From NCBI GenBank assembly GCA_046756385.1, contig JBHHWG010000005.1, positions 1,817-65,816 of the forward strand: a stretch of DNA of 64,000 nt, in the 5' to 3' direction. Source of the DNA: Sphingomonadales bacterium (GTDB lineage Bacteria; Pseudomonadota; Alphaproteobacteria; CAZZKF01). Under the pieces are notes generated by a model. It ran no database searches. It was not told where the DNA came from and was given only the letters and a program-made list of their open reading frames with translations. This document shows positions 9,451 through 20,495 of this stretch, one piece after another (the first letter of the stretch is position 1; each line of letters starts with the position of its first letter). The position numbers and the translations under genes are program-made.

Positions 9451-10934
9451 TACGGATCATCCTTTACCTCACCCTGGCGATTGCCTTGGCGGTTGTCGCC
9501 GCGTGGTTCGCCGACAATCCGGGCACGGTGGCGGTCGACTGGCTGGGCTATACCGTGGCGGCCCCGGTTGCGCTGGTGCTGTTGCTGATGTCGGGGCTTG
9601 TGATATTGGCGGCCCTGGCCTACCGGCTGTGGCGCTGGTCGCTGGGGGCGCCGGGGGCGGTGCGGTCGTCTTTCGTTGCCCGTGGCCGGCGGCGCGGCGA
9701 TGGCGCAATCGCCGCCGGGCTGGTCGCGGCCGCCGCCGCCGATACCGCCGAGGCCCGCCGTCAGGCCGGGATCGCGGCCAGGCATGTTTCCCCGGGAGAT
9801 ACGCTGCTGTTGCTGCTTGAAGCGCAAATTGCCGGGATTGAGGGCGATGCCGGGCGTATTCAGGCCGCCTGCCATGCCATGCGGGACCATCCGGGCACCG
9901 AACTTCCTGGTATTCTAGGCTTGATCCGCGAGGCCCATGTCAGGGCGGAGGATGGGGAGTTGCTGCCTCTGGCCATGCGGGCGCGGGAGCTGGCGCCGAA
10001 AAATGCCGGCGTGGTGGCGCTGGCCCTGGAACTGTCGATCGATGCCGGCGACTGGGACGAAGCCGCGCGCGCGCTCAAGGAACTGGGTCGTCTCAAGGGC
10101 GTAACCAGGACCCATGCGGCGCGCGCCAGGGCGGCGATGCTCGCTCATCAGGCGCGGGAAGCGGCGGAAGAGGACCGGGAACGGGGTCTCGGCCTGGCGC
10201 GAAGGGCGCACAAGGCGTGGCCCGGCCATCTGGGGGCGGCGCTGATCGCGGCGGAACTGAGCGCCGAGACCGGCAAACCGGACCGCGCGGCGGCAATCCT
10301 TGAACAGGCCTGGAGCCATGCTCCCCATCCGGAAATCGCCATCGCGTATGCGCGGCTGGTTGCCGACGAGACCCCGACCGGGCGATTGCGACGCATCGAG
10401 CGACTTGCGGCGCAAAATCCTGAACATCCTGAAAGCCTCGCGGCGCTGGTCGAACACGCGATTGCCGCGCGTCTTCCTGGCGTCGCCCGGCACCATCTGA
10501 ACGCGCTTTTCAGGTTCGGGCCGTCGGCCCGCGCCTGTCGGCTGGCGGGCGCGCTGATTCAAGAAGAAACCGGGGACCAAAGCGCCGCCCGTTTGTGGCG
10601 GACAAAGGCCGCGCTGGCCCCGGAGCCGGGCTGGCGGTGCGGGCGCTGCCGGCGCCGCTGGGCGGACTGGTCGCTGACCTGCCCCCACTGCCTGGCGGTT
10701 GGCGATATGGAATGGCAAAGAGGGTCCGCGGGCGTCACCACGGCCATGACCGGTATCGCGGTCGCCGAGCCCACGCCCCGGCAGCAGACGGCGCCTCCCG
10801 CTGTCGTGGCAGCGGTCCCGGCCGATCACGACCTGTATCAGACCATAGCCAAGGGCGATGCCCTGGACGCCGCCGATCACTGCGAACAGGAAAAGCAGGA
10901 CGATCAGGAAGCGCGGACCGGCCCGGCGAACTGA
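9447..10934 (+). CDS. HemY N-terminal domain protein (TPR-like) with C-terminal zinc ribbon
   Basis: Two N-terminal TM helices (MIRIILYLTLAIALAVVAAWFADNPG...), TPR-like helical body, and a C-terminal CGRC...CPHC zinc ribbon. ATGA overlap with the upstream gene. Confidence 0.75.
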   Translation: MIRIILYLTLAIALAVVAAWFADNPGTVAVDWLGYTVAAPVALVLLLMSGLVILAALAYRLWRWSLGAPGAVRSSFVARGRRRGDGAIAAGLVAAAAADTAEARRQAGIAARHVSPGDTLLLLLEAQIAGIEGDAGRIQAACHAMRDHPGTELPGILGLIREAHVRAEDGELLPLAMRARELAPKNAGVVALALELSIDAGDWDEAARALKELGRLKGVTRTHAARARAAMLAHQAREAAEEDRERGLGLARRAHKAWPGHLGAALIAAELSAETGKPDRAAAILEQAWSHAPHPEIAIAYARLVADETPTGRLRRIERLAAQNPEHPESLAALVEHAIAARLPGVARHHLNALFRFGPSARACRLAGALIQEETGDQSAARLWRTKAALAPEPGWRCGRCRRRWADWSLTCPHCLAVGDMEWQRGSAGVTTAMTGIAVAEPTPRQQTAPPAVVAAVPADHDLYQTIAKGDALDAADHCEQEKQDDQEARTGPAN

Positions 10935-11073
10935 TTCGGCCCACGATCACACAGGCCCTTGCAGCGGAGCGCGGCAAGTCCTATGTTGCCAGCCGCGCGC
11001 CGTCATAGCCTGTAAAGGGCTTGATCAGCGGCACACACTTGGGCGCCATCGCGAAGCAGGGATGCCGCTCGGG

Positions 11074-11149
11074 GCCGATGTAGCTCAGATGGTAGAGCAA
11101 CGCATTCGTAATGCGTGGGTCGGGGGTTCGAGTCCCTCCATCGGCACCA
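11074..11149 (+). tRNA. tRNA-Thr (anticodon CGT)
   Basis: Manual cloverleaf: acceptor GCCGATG/CATCGGC, D arm GCTC..GAGC, anticodon stem ACGCA/TGCGT with loop TTCGTAA, T arm GGGGG-TTCGAGT-CCCTC, CCA encoded. Confidence 0.9.
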
Positions 11150-11196
11150 TCTTTCCCATTGTCCGACCCGGAGACATAGGTAACAGAATGCACCTG

Positions 11197-11355
11197 GAGC
11201 GTTTTTAACCTAATCGGAATCAAGTTCGGCTGTTTATATGCCGCCCTGGCGGCGCCCTCAAAGCCTTGCATAGCGCCGCTATGCCGCGTTTTAACGACTT
11301 GCCAGGACAACATCTAAACACCCTCCTTTTGATCCCGATTAAGTTGAAAACGCTC
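11197..11355. repeat. MITE-like repeat, family 2 (complete), with ~25-bp imperfect terminal inverted repeats
   Basis: Left end GAGCGTTTTTAACCTAATCGGAATC and right end GATCCCGATTAAGTTGAAAACGCTC are inverted copies. The left ~76 bp recur at 60998-61073 with 4 mismatches. Located 47 bp downstream of tRNA-Thr. Confidence 0.6.
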
Positions 11356-11438
11356 TAGCGACCAAGGGGGAGCGCAGCCTGCGTGCTGCGTGGCGCTTGA
11401 ACGCGGGTACAAGGGTCATGATCAATGACCCTTGGTAT
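11356..11438. repeat. family-1 MITE-like repeat, copy 2 (right portion only), abutting the family-2 element
   Basis: TAGCGACCAAGGGGGAGCGCAGCCTGCGTG...AAGGGTCATGATCAATGACCCTTGGTAT matches the right halves of copies at 5119-5277 and 15160-15328; left hairpins absent. Confidence 0.6.
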
Positions 11439-11452
11439 AAAACGGACCGGCA

Positions 11453-11965
11453 TCAGGCGCTGCGCTTTTGTGACAGCAGGTCGTTGGCCGCGCAAATGCG
11501 CTTGAACCGGTCCTCGGCTTCCTTGCAGCCGGGATTGGCGTCGGGGTGACTTTCCTTGGCGAGTTGGCGAAACCGCCGCTTGATGTCGTCCGGGCTGGCC
11601 TCATCGTCCAGGCCCAGAACCTCAAGCGCCTGCCGCCTTTTGCGCTGCTCGGGCGATTCGCTCGGCGATGCCCAGCCCCACGGATTGGCGTTATTTTTAT
11701 AGCCGCGTCGAATATGCTCATCTTCCTGCGCGGCACGTTCTTTTTCCCGGTCGCTCATCCCGGCGAAAAAATTCCAGCCGCGATTATATTCGGCGGCGTG
11801 TTCCTGGCAAAACCACCATTTTTCTTCGGAAAATTTCGCCTTGGGAGCCGGACTGTCGCCCCGCTTGCCACAGCCGTCATGATCGCACAGACGCACCTGC
11901 GCGGCATCGCGGCCTTTGTTATAGCCACCCCAGCGGGGAAATTTCCAGTTCTTGTCTCTCACCAT
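11453..11965 (-). CDS. J-domain (DnaJ-like) protein with N-terminal Cys/His zinc-ribbon-like segment
   Basis: C-terminal J domain (DDIKRRFRQLAKESHPDANPG with the HPD tripeptide). N-terminal LCDHDGCGKRG...WWFCQEH. Confidence 0.75.
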   Translation of the reverse strand: MVRDKNWKFPRWGGYNKGRDAAQVRLCDHDGCGKRGDSPAPKAKFSEEKWWFCQEHAAEYNRGWNFFAGMSDREKERAAQEDEHIRRGYKNNANPWGWASPSESPEQRKRRQALEVLGLDDEASPDDIKRRFRQLAKESHPDANPGCKEAEDRFKRICAANDLLSQKRSA

Positions 11966-12053
11966 TGCCGTACGCCAAAAATCCGCCAGCCACGGAAGCT
12001 GATCGATCCATTCTAATAAAGTAAAACCCTGAATGCGCGGTAAAAGAACCGTT

Positions 12054-12809
12054 CTAGCAGGGTGCTTCGATCTGTCGGCATAAAGTGTCGGTCGTGGTTG
12101 TCAGCCGGTCGATATCAGCCGGTTCGGACATGCGGTGGTCGCCCTGCTTGACCAGGGTGACAATGACATCCGTGCTGTCCAGGTGCTCCGCGATCCTCAG
12201 GGCGTGACGCCACGGCACATCGGCGTCCCGCATCCCGTGCAGCAGCCGGACCGGGCAGGTGATCGGAATCGGTCCACCGAGCAATAAATGATCGCGCCCT
12301 TCCTCGATCAATTTAAGGGTGATCGCATAGGGCTCGTCGCCATATTCCGACGGCTGATGATAAACGCCCTCGGTCAGTAAAGTGGTTCGCGGGCCGTCGT
12401 CAAACTGGTCCCACATCAGCTCTTCGGTAAAATCGGGCGCGGCGGCGACGGTTACCAGACCGGCGACCCGGCCGGGCCGCGCCAGCGCCGCCAACAGGGC
12501 GATCCATCCCCCCATGCTTGAGCCGACGATGATTTGCGGGCCTTCGGTTACCTGATCGATGACGGCCAAGGTGTCGTCGAGCCAACCGCCGATCGTCCCG
12601 TCCGTAAACTTGCCGCTCGATGCGCCGTGGCCCTGATAGTCGAATCGCACAAAGGCTCGCCCGGCCCGCCGGCAATCGTCCTCAAGCGCCACCGCCTTGG
12701 TTCCGGTCATGTCCGACATGAAGCCGCCGCAAAAAATTACGCCGGGCCTGGCGCCGTCCAGCGCGTGATACGCGATCGATGCGCCGCTTTGGGTTTTGAC
12801 GATCCGCAC
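12054..12809 (-). CDS. alpha/beta-fold hydrolase
   Basis: GSSMGG nucleophile elbow (GxSxG); likely GTG start at 12809 preceded by GAGGAA, inside the longer track ORF. Confidence 0.7.
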   Translation of the reverse strand: MRIVKTQSGASIAYHALDGARPGVIFCGGFMSDMTGTKAVALEDDCRRAGRAFVRFDYQGHGASSGKFTDGTIGGWLDDTLAVIDQVTEGPQIIVGSSMGGWIALLAALARPGRVAGLVTVAAAPDFTEELMWDQFDDGPRTTLLTEGVYHQPSEYGDEPYAITLKLIEEGRDHLLLGGPIPITCPVRLLHGMRDADVPWRHALRIAEHLDSTDVIVTLVKQGDHRMSEPADIDRLTTTTDTLCRQIEAPC

Positions 12810-13083
12810 TTGTTGTTCCTCTCCCCGTTCTTCCTTTTCCTGGCCCGTGACGCGACGAGGCGCACGGACTATTGCGCTTGATTCGATTCTATCCCGGTCC
12901 CGGTGTCGGCGCTGCAAATAGTTTTCAGCGCCTGATGCGCGCCTGTGGACCGTTATTTGTCGCAAGGTCCATGTGTTTTGCCCCATAGTGGCGCGATGGG
13001 TGTGCTGGGCGCTTGACAGCCCTTGAAATCCCTCTAGTTTTCGACCTTGATCGGCTCATATAGGGGAACGCGGACGATAAAGC

Positions 13084-15033
13084 ATGGCTGAACAGAGTAA
13101 CCGGATCGTCATCACTCTGCCCGATGGCAGCGTCAGACCCTATGACAGCCCCGTGACCGGCGCCACCATTGCCGCCGATATTGGCCCGGGACTGGCCAAG
13201 GCGGCCCTGTTTTTGCGGATCAACGGCGAGGTTTTCGATCTCTCGTTGCCAATCGAACGCGACGCCAATATCGAGATCGTCACAGCCAAGGACGATGCCC
13301 TGCTTGAGCTGTTGCGTCACGATGCCGCCCATGTCATGGCCGAAGCGGTGAAGGAGCTTTATCCCGAAACCCAGGTGACGATCGGCCCCGCGATCGAAAA
13401 CGGTTTCTATTACGATTTCGCCCGTAAAGAGCCGTTCGTGCCCGAGGACCTCGAAAAGATCGAGGCCCGCATGCGGGAAATCGTGGCGCGCGACGAGCCG
13501 ATCACACGCGAAGTCTGGGACCGGGACGAGGCGATAAAATTTTTCCGGGACCTGGGTGAAAACTATAAGGCGGAAATTATCGAGGATATCCCGGCCGGCG
13601 ACCAGATCACGCTCTATCGCCAGGGTAACTTCGTGGATTTGTGTCGCGGACCGCATCTTTCGTCGACCGGCAAGCTGGGCGTCGCCTTCAAGCTGATGAA
13701 ACTGGCCGGCGCCTATTGGCGTGGCGATTCGCGCAATGAAATGCTGCAGCGGATCTATGGAACCGCCTGGCGCGACGACAAGGAACTCAAGGCCTATCTG
13801 CGTCGGCTTGAGGAGGCCGAGCGGCGCGATCATCGCAAATTGGCCAAGGCCATGGGCCTGTTTCATTTCCAGGAGGAAGGCCCCGGCGCGGTGTTCTGGC
13901 ACCCCAAGGGATGGACGTTGTTTCAAGGTCTGATCGACTATATGCGCAACCGCCAGCAAGCGGCGGGCTATGTCGAGATTTCAACGCCCGATCTGCTCGA
14001 TAAATCCTTGTGGGTCACGTCGGGCCACGTCGACAAGTTCGGCGAGGACATGTTTTATTCCGAAACCCCGGACGGCCGGACCTATGCCATCAAGCCGATG
14101 AATTGCCCGGGCGGCGTCCAGGTGTTCAAGCAGGGCCTGCGAAGCTATCGCGAGCTGCCGTTGCGGATTGCCGAGTTCGGCAAGGTTCACCGGTTTGAAC
14201 CTTCGGGCGCCCTGCATGGCCTGATGCGGCTGCGCGCCTTCACCCAGGATGACGCCCATATTTATTGCACCGCTGACCAGTTGCAGGATGAGTGCATCAC
14301 GGTCACTGAACTGATTCTGGAAATCTATAAAGACTTCGGTTTCGAGGATGTGCGGATCAAGTTCGCGGATCGGCCCGACAAGCGTATCGGCGCCGATGAG
14401 GTGTGGGATACCGCCGAAGCCGCCCTGCGCAAGGCCCTGGATGCGACCGGCATCGACTACACCTATAATCCGGGCGAAGGGGCGTTCTACGGACCCAAGC
14501 TGGAGTTTGTGCTCAGGGACGCGATCGGCCGGGATTGGCAATGTGGCACCTTGCAGGTCGATCTGAACCTGCCGGGCCGTTTCAATGCCACCTATGTCGG
14601 CGAAGACGGCGAGCGCCATTTCCCGGTCATGCTGCACCGGGCGCTTTTCGGCTCGCTTGAGCGCTTCACCGGCATTCTGATCGAGCATTATGCGGGACGC
14701 TTGCCGCTATGGCTGGCGCCGGTGCAGGTCGTCGTCGCGACAATCACCTCGGACGGCGATGACTATGCGCGCGACGTTTGCCGGCGACTCACGAAGGCAG
14801 GGCTGCGGGCCGAGACCGATTTGCGCAACGAAAAAATCAATTACAAGGTCAGGGAGCATTCCCTGGCCAAGGTTCCGGTGTTGTTCGTCGTCGGCAAGCG
14901 GGAGGCCGAACATCAGACCGTTTCCATCCGGCGTCTCGGACGCAAGGATCAAGAAATCCTTGCGCTTGGCCAAGCGGTGGATAAACTGAGCGACGAAGCG
15001 GCGGCACCGGGAGCGGATCGGGGGCGATCTTGA
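13084..15033 (+). CDS. thrS: threonine--tRNA ligase
   Basis: N-terminal TGS domain, class II aaRS core motifs and a C-terminal anticodon-binding domain; 649 aa. Confidence 0.95.
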   Translation: MAEQSNRIVITLPDGSVRPYDSPVTGATIAADIGPGLAKAALFLRINGEVFDLSLPIERDANIEIVTAKDDALLELLRHDAAHVMAEAVKELYPETQVTIGPAIENGFYYDFARKEPFVPEDLEKIEARMREIVARDEPITREVWDRDEAIKFFRDLGENYKAEIIEDIPAGDQITLYRQGNFVDLCRGPHLSSTGKLGVAFKLMKLAGAYWRGDSRNEMLQRIYGTAWRDDKELKAYLRRLEEAERRDHRKLAKAMGLFHFQEEGPGAVFWHPKGWTLFQGLIDYMRNRQQAAGYVEISTPDLLDKSLWVTSGHVDKFGEDMFYSETPDGRTYAIKPMNCPGGVQVFKQGLRSYRELPLRIAEFGKVHRFEPSGALHGLMRLRAFTQDDAHIYCTADQLQDECITVTELILEIYKDFGFEDVRIKFADRPDKRIGADEVWDTAEAALRKALDATGIDYTYNPGEGAFYGPKLEFVLRDAIGRDWQCGTLQVDLNLPGRFNATYVGEDGERHFPVMLHRALFGSLERFTGILIEHYAGRLPLWLAPVQVVVATITSDGDDYARDVCRRLTKAGLRAETDLRNEKINYKVREHSLAKVPVLFVVGKREAEHQTVSIRRLGRKDQEILALGQAVDKLSDEAAAPGADRGRS

Positions 15034-15159
15034 ATTCCAGCAAGCCTGCGAATTCGCATGCCTGAAATTTGGTGTGCGGCGAGGGTGCGTTGTTGCTGAC
15101 CGATGGCGCCTGTGCCGTTGGCACGCGAGACGTCTTGAGCGTGAACGCAAGGTGTGACT

Positions 15160-15328
15160 TATACCAAATCCCGATGAGGACGACTCACTGAGATTTGGGA
15201 GATTTGGTGGACGCTGACCCTATTGATTGGAGACAATCAATAGGGTCAAGGACTAGCGACCAAGAGGGAGTGCAGCCTGCGTGGCGCTTGAACGCAATAT
15301 AAGGGTCATGATCAATGACCCTTGGGAT
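15160..15328. repeat. family-1 MITE-like repeat, copy 3 (complete, with a ~10-bp insertion in hairpin 1)
   Basis: ATACCAAATCCCGATGAGGACGACTCA...CAATCAATAGGGTCAAGGACTAGCGACCAAGAGGGAGTGCAGCCTGCGTGGCGCTTGAACGC...AAGGGTCATGATCAATGACCCTTGGGAT; lies between thrS and infC. Confidence 0.7.
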
Positions 15329-15362
15329 TAGACTAAGGAGGACTTAAATAGCCAGACGACCC

Positions 15363-15884
15363 ATGCCCGCGCAGCCGTCCCGTAAGGGACCGCGCGTGAA
15401 CGAACAAATCACCGCATCAACTGTGCGTCTGATTGACGAGACTGGAGAGAACCGGGATGTCGTGAGTCGAGATGAAGCGCTCGAACTGGCGCATAATGCC
15501 GGTTTGGATTTGGTGGAAATTTCACCGAACTCTGATCCGCCGGTCGCCAAGATTCTCGACTACGGCAGGTTCAAGTACGAGGCCCAGAAAAAAGCCAACG
15601 AGCAGCGCAAAAAGCAAAAGGTCATTGACGTCAAGGAAATCAAAATGCGTCCTGGCATTGATGACCATGACTATTTTGTCAAGGTTCGGGCGATGACCCG
15701 ATTCTTCGAGGAAGGCGACAAGGTCAAGGTGACCTTACGCTTCCGTGGTCGCGAGATGGCGCATCAGGAATTGGGGCTCAAGGTGCTCCAACGTGTCCAA
15801 AAGGAATTCGAGGAAACCGCCAAGGTCGAGCTGTATCCCAAAATGGAAGGCCGGCAGATGACCATGGTGTTGGCGCCGCGTTAA
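15363..15884 (+). CDS. infC: translation initiation factor IF-3
   Basis: [21 protein letters not shown]...[23 protein letters not shown]3 N- and C-domain motifs; thrS-infC-rpmI-rplT synteny. Confidence 0.9.
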   Translation: MPAQPSRKGPRVNEQITASTVRLIDETGENRDVVSRDEALELAHNAGLDLVEISPNSDPPVAKILDYGRFKYEAQKKANEQRKKQKVIDVKEIKMRPGIDDHDYFVKVRAMTRFFEEGDKVKVTLRFRGREMAHQELGLKVLQRVQKEFEETAKVELYPKMEGRQMTMVLAPR

Positions 15885-16099
15885 CCGCGCCGAGTTTCAA
15901 ATTGTGGCCGCTGGTCGAACTTTCAGACGGTCTGGTCGAAGCCGCCGCCCCTTTTCCGTGGCGCGCGCGGGCCGATTGTGGCGCTTGCCTGTCGCGGCGC
16001 TTGCGGCTATAAGCCTCCCTTCATCGAGTGGCCAGGCGTCCAGGGCATGCCGAACCGCTCCGAAGCTTTTCCAAAAACCGAGCAACGAAAGAAAGCAAA

Positions 16100-16297
16100 A
16101 TGCCCAAGCTTAAGTCGAAAAGTGGCGCCAAGAAGCGTTTTAGCCTCACGGCCTCCGGGAAGGTCCGTATGAATCAGGCCGGCAAACAGCACGGCATGAT
16201 CAAACGGACCAACAAACAGATCCGCAATCAGCGCGGAACCACGATCATGTCGGCGACGGATGCCAAGATCGTGAAGAAGTTCATTCCATACGGCTAG
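16100..16297 (+). CDS. rpmI: 50S ribosomal protein L35
   Basis: [31 protein letters not shown]...; ATG at 16100 inside track ORF 16028-16297. Confidence 0.9.
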   Translation: MPKLKSKSGAKKRFSLTASGKVRMNQAGKQHGMIKRTNKQIRNQRGTTIMSATDAKIVKKFIPYG

Positions 16298-16309
16298 GAG
16301 GCCAGAACA

Positions 16310-16675
16310 ATGTCGCGTGTAAAACGAGGGGTGACCACTCACGCCCGTCACAAAAAGGTGCTCCAGCAAGCGAAAGGCTATCGTGGACGCCGCAAGAATA
16401 CGTTCCGTGCCGCGGTTCAGGCGGTTGAAAAGGGTCTGCAATACGCATACCGCGACCGGCGCGCTCGCAAGCGGAATTTCCGGGCGTTGTGGATTCAGCG
16501 AATCAATGCGGCGTCGCGCCTGCACGGCCTGACCTATGCCCGTTTCATGAACGGCTTGAAATTGTCTTCGATCGAGATCGATCGCAAGGTGCTGGCCGAT
16601 CTCGCGGTGCGCGAGCCCGAGGCGTTTAAGGCATTGGCGGAAAAAGCCCAGGCGGCGCTCGTCAAGGCTGGCTAG
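16310..16675 (+). CDS. rplT: 50S ribosomal protein L20
   Basis: [30 protein letters not shown]... canonical L20. Confidence 0.95.
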   Translation: MSRVKRGVTTHARHKKVLQQAKGYRGRRKNTFRAAVQAVEKGLQYAYRDRRARKRNFRALWIQRINAASRLHGLTYARFMNGLKLSSIEIDRKVLADLAVREPEAFKALAEKAQAALVKAG

Positions 16676-16704
16676 GAGCGCCCTTTCGATTCAAATACAA
16701 TCGA

Positions 16705-16731
16705 GGGGGCCCGCTTGAGGCCCCCTTTTTT
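16705..16731 (+). terminator. rho-independent terminator after rplT
   Basis: GGGGGCC-cgcttga-GGCCCCC perfect 7-bp stem followed by TTTTTT. Confidence 0.6.
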
Positions 16732-16755
16732 GTTCCGGGATGTGTGGTGGGAACG

Positions 16756-17832
16756 ATGCAGGAATGGGAAGCGCTCGAAAATGAGGTCATGGCCGCCATG
16801 GGGCGCGTCGAGGATCTCGATGGTCTGGAAAAATTGCGGGTGGCGACCCTGGGAAAAAAGGGCCGGCTTACCGGGTTGATGAAGCAACTGGGCGGCATGA
16901 CGCCGGAGCAGCGCAAGACCGCCGGCCCGGTGCTGAATGGCGTCAAGAACAGGATCGCCGAGGCCGTTGCCCAAACCAGGGAACGGTTCCGTCTTGAGGC
17001 CCTGGAGGCCCGGCTCGCCGAGGAGCGTGTCGACGTGACCCTGCCGGTTCGGCCCGAGGCCGAGGGCCGGATTCATCCGATCAGCCAGGTGGTGGATCAG
17101 GTGGTGGAAATATTCGGTGACATGGGTTTCTCGGTTGCCGAGGGCCCGGACATCGAAGAGGATTTTTACAACTTCACCGCCCTTAACATTCCGCCGGAGC
17201 ACCCGGCCCGGCAGATGCATGACACGTTCTATTTTGGGCCGGACCGGGATGGCGTCAGCAAGGTCCTGCGCACCCACACCTCGCCGGTGCAAATCCGGGC
17301 CATGCAGGCTGGCGAGCCGCCGTTCCGGGTCATCGCGCCGGGCCGGACCTATCGCTGCGATTCGGACATGACCCATACCCCGATGTTCCATCAGATCGAG
17401 GGGCTGGTGGTCGACAGTTCGACTCATATGGGCCACCTCAAAGGGTGCCTCGAAGCATTCGCCAAGGCGTTTTTCGAGGTCGATACGGTCCGCATGCGAT
17501 TCCGGCCCAGCTATTTCCCGTTCACCGAGCCGTCGGCCGAAGTCGATATCGGGTGCTCTTACGGGGACGGGGAACTGCGGATTGGCGAAGGCGGCGACTG
17601 GCTGGAAATTCTGGGGTGCGGCATGGTTCATCCCCGGGTCCTCGCGGCCGTCGGGATCGACCCGGACAAATATCAGGGCTTCGCGTTCGGGATGGGGCTC
17701 GATCGCCTGGCCATGCTCAAATATGGAATTCCCGATCTCCGGGCGTTTTTCGAATCGGACCTGCGCTGGCTGCGCCATTATGGCTTCGCCGCGCTCGATG
17801 TGCCGACCTTATCCGCGGGGCTAAGCCGATGA
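16756..17832 (+). CDS. pheS: phenylalanine--tRNA ligase alpha subunit
   Basis: [11 protein letters not shown]...[16 protein letters not shown] class II motifs; ATG at 16756 (the track start 16744 is a GTG). Confidence 0.9.
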   Translation: MQEWEALENEVMAAMGRVEDLDGLEKLRVATLGKKGRLTGLMKQLGGMTPEQRKTAGPVLNGVKNRIAEAVAQTRERFRLEALEARLAEERVDVTLPVRPEAEGRIHPISQVVDQVVEIFGDMGFSVAEGPDIEEDFYNFTALNIPPEHPARQMHDTFYFGPDRDGVSKVLRTHTSPVQIRAMQAGEPPFRVIAPGRTYRCDSDMTHTPMFHQIEGLVVDSSTHMGHLKGCLEAFAKAFFEVDTVRMRFRPSYFPFTEPSAEVDIGCSYGDGELRIGEGGDWLEILGCGMVHPRVLAAVGIDPDKYQGFAFGMGLDRLAMLKYGIPDLRAFFESDLRWLRHYGFAALDVPTLSAGLSR

Positions 17833-20234
17833 AGTTCACCTTGTCATGGCTCCGGGATCATCTGGAAACCGATGCCGACCTCGACACCATCACCGATAAG
17901 CTGACGGCGCTGGGGCTGGAGGTCGAGGAAGTCGAAAATCCGGCGCTGGAGCTTGCGCCATTCACGGTCGCGAAGGTGATCGAGGCGGTCAAGCATCCCA
18001 ATGCCGATAAACTCAAGCTGTGCACGGTCGAAACCGCGAGCGGCATCGAGCAGGTGGTTTGCGGCGCACCAAATGCCCGAACCGGCATGACGGCGGTCTT
18101 TGCCCCGGTGGGGACCACGATTCCCGGCAACGGCATGGTGCTCAAACCGGCCAGGATTCGCGGCGTCGAATCAAACGGCATGCTGTGTTCGGAAATGGAG
18201 CTCAAACTTTCCGAGGAGCACGAAGGCATTATCGAATTGCCCGACGACGCGAAAGTGGGCACGCCATTCGCCGAGCTGTTGGGCCTCGACGATCCGGTGA
18301 TCGAAATCGCCATTACCCCCAACCGGCAGGACTGCTTGGGCGTACGGGGCATCGCGCGGGATCTGGCCGCCGCCGGTCTGGGCACGTTGAAGCCGGCTGC
18401 AGACCAGCCGGTGCCGGGCGGGTTCGAAAGCGCCACCAGGGTGCATTTGAAATTCAGCCCGGACAAGGCCGATGCCTGCCCGATGTTCGTCGGAAGGACG
18501 ATCCGCGGGATCAAAAACGGGTCGAGCCCCGAATGGCTGCGCCGACGCCTGACCGCGATCGGGCTGCGGCCTATATCGGCGCTGGTGGATATCACGAACT
18601 ACCTGACCCATGACCGGGCCCGGCCGCTCCATGTCTATGACCTGGCCATGGTGAGCGGGGACATTTGCGCGCGGATGGGCGCTGAAGGAGAACGCCTGGC
18701 GGCGCTCGACGGCAAGACCTACGATGTGGATGACAGCATCTGCGTGATCGCCGATGACGCCCGGGCGGTGGCGTTGGGCGGCGTAATGGGCGGCGAGGAC
18801 AGCGGCTGCACCGAGACAACCACCGACGTCTTTGTCGAGGCCGCCTTGTTCGATCCGATCCGGACCGCGACGACCGGGCGCAAGCTCGGTATCGACAGTG
18901 ACGCGCGCTATCGGTTTGAGCGCGGGGTCGACCCGGCCTTCACGATCGCGGGCATGGAAGTCGCGACCCGCATGATCCTTGAACTGTGCGGCGGCGAGGC
19001 CAGCGACATTGTCGTGGCCGGCGCCCCACCCGCCCGGGACAAGACCCTGACGCTGCGGCCATCCCGCGTAGCGTCGCTGGGCGGTGTCGATGTGCCGGCG
19101 AACGAGTGCCGGCGGATACTTGAATCGCTGGGGTTCACCGTCGAGCACGATGGCGAAAACTTTCGGGTGGCGGCGCCGACATGGCGGTGTGACATTGATG
19201 GCGAGGCCGACCTGGTCGAGGAAGTGGTCCGGGTCTACGGCTACGACCGGATACCGTCGGTCAACATGGAACAGGCCGAAGCGGTCGCCAGGCCGATTCT
19301 CAAACCGCTCCAGCATCGTGTGCGTACCGCCAAGAGAACCCTGGCAGGGCGCGGGTTGGTCGAGGCTGTCACCTGGTCATTCATGTCGTCGCGTGACTGG
19401 ACGCTGTTTGGCGGCGGCGATAAAACCCTGGAGCTGATCAATCCGATCAGCTCCGAACTCGATGTGATGCGGCCGAGTATTGTGCCTAACCTGGTTGCCG
19501 CGGCGGGCCGTAACCGGGATCGCGGATTCAACAATGTCGCATTGTTCGAGGTCGGACCCCAATATGGCGATGACACGCCGAACGGCCAATTGACCCTTGC
19601 CGCCGGTATCCGGCTCGGCGCCACCGGTGAACGTCACTGGGCGGGTCCGGCGCGAGCGGTCGATGCGTTTGACGCCAAGGCCGATGCGTTGGCGGTTCTG
19701 GCCGCGTGCGGTGTTCCGGTCGACAATGCCCAGATCGTCAGCGAAGCGCCAGGCTGGTACCATCCCGGCCGTTCAGGGGTTATTCGGCTCGGACCGAAGG
19801 CGATTCTGGCTTATTTCGGCGAGATTCACCCGGCGACTTTGATGAAAATGGATATTGCCGGTCCGATCGTCGGTTTCGAAATATTCCTCGATGCGATTGT
19901 GCAACCACGCCGGAAATCCGGCCGGACGCGCCCGCGTCTCGATGCGCCCGACCTTCCCGCCGTGCAACGCGACTTCGCCTTTGTGGTGGCGAAATCGGTA
20001 CCCGCTCTTGATATCGTGCGAAGCGTGAAAAATGTCGACAAGGGCCTGATCACCGATGTCCGCGTCTTCGACGTGTATGAGGGACCGGGCATTGACGAGG
20101 ATCAGCAGTCCGTGGCCGTAACCATCCGGTTACAACCAAGGGATAAGACGCTTACCGATAGCGAGATCGAGGAGATAGCAAGGCGAATCGAGGCTGCCGC
20201 GGCCAGGAAAACCGGCGCTGAGCTGCGCCGTTAG
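17829..20234 (+). CDS. pheT: phenylalanine--tRNA ligase beta subunit
   Basis: [19 protein letters not shown] start overlapping the pheS stop; tRNA-binding, B3/B4 and FDX-ACB domain order; 802 aa. Confidence 0.9.
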   Translation: MKFTLSWLRDHLETDADLDTITDKLTALGLEVEEVENPALELAPFTVAKVIEAVKHPNADKLKLCTVETASGIEQVVCGAPNARTGMTAVFAPVGTTIPGNGMVLKPARIRGVESNGMLCSEMELKLSEEHEGIIELPDDAKVGTPFAELLGLDDPVIEIAITPNRQDCLGVRGIARDLAAAGLGTLKPAADQPVPGGFESATRVHLKFSPDKADACPMFVGRTIRGIKNGSSPEWLRRRLTAIGLRPISALVDITNYLTHDRARPLHVYDLAMVSGDICARMGAEGERLAALDGKTYDVDDSICVIADDARAVALGGVMGGEDSGCTETTTDVFVEAALFDPIRTATTGRKLGIDSDARYRFERGVDPAFTIAGMEVATRMILELCGGEASDIVVAGAPPARDKTLTLRPSRVASLGGVDVPANECRRILESLGFTVEHDGENFRVAAPTWRCDIDGEADLVEEVVRVYGYDRIPSVNMEQAEAVARPILKPLQHRVRTAKRTLAGRGLVEAVTWSFMSSRDWTLFGGGDKTLELINPISSELDVMRPSIVPNLVAAAGRNRDRGFNNVALFEVGPQYGDDTPNGQLTLAAGIRLGATGERHWAGPARAVDAFDAKADALAVLAACGVPVDNAQIVSEAPGWYHPGRSGVIRLGPKAILAYFGEIHPATLMKMDIAGPIVGFEIFLDAIVQPRRKSGRTRPRLDAPDLPAVQRDFAFVVAKSVPALDIVRSVKNVDKGLITDVRVFDVYEGPGIDEDQQSVAVTIRLQPRDKTLTDSEIEEIARRIEAAAARKTGAELRR

Positions 20235-20495
20235 TCGACTCGGGGACCCGATTGTCATAACGAATCAACCGTTAACGAATCGAAAACCAGTCTTCTGTAG
20301 GGTAAGGTTTGAATCGGTGTGTTATAAATTCGACTAAGGGGTGCAACTTTGTATTCTGGCGCCATCGACTGATGGCTTGGTGAGGTTGGTTGCTTTCGTA
20401 TTCGATTTTTGTGCGGCTGGTTTTTTGTGGCGCCTGGCATATTCCCAGGACAGTTGAAGTGGGCTGTATTGTGGTCTTGCGAATGAGGTAACGGA

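Noticed and set aside
10981-11313. 110-aa ORF on the reverse strand
   Set aside because: Overlaps tRNA-Thr and the family-2 repeat. Junk-like composition and no RBS.
15885-16099. GGCGCTTGC direct repeat and CTATAA box in the rpmI leader as an L20 autoregulatory structure
   Set aside because: Plausible, but I cannot reconstruct a convincing pseudoknot mimic of the L20 23S-rRNA site by eye. Left as ordinary promoter/leader.
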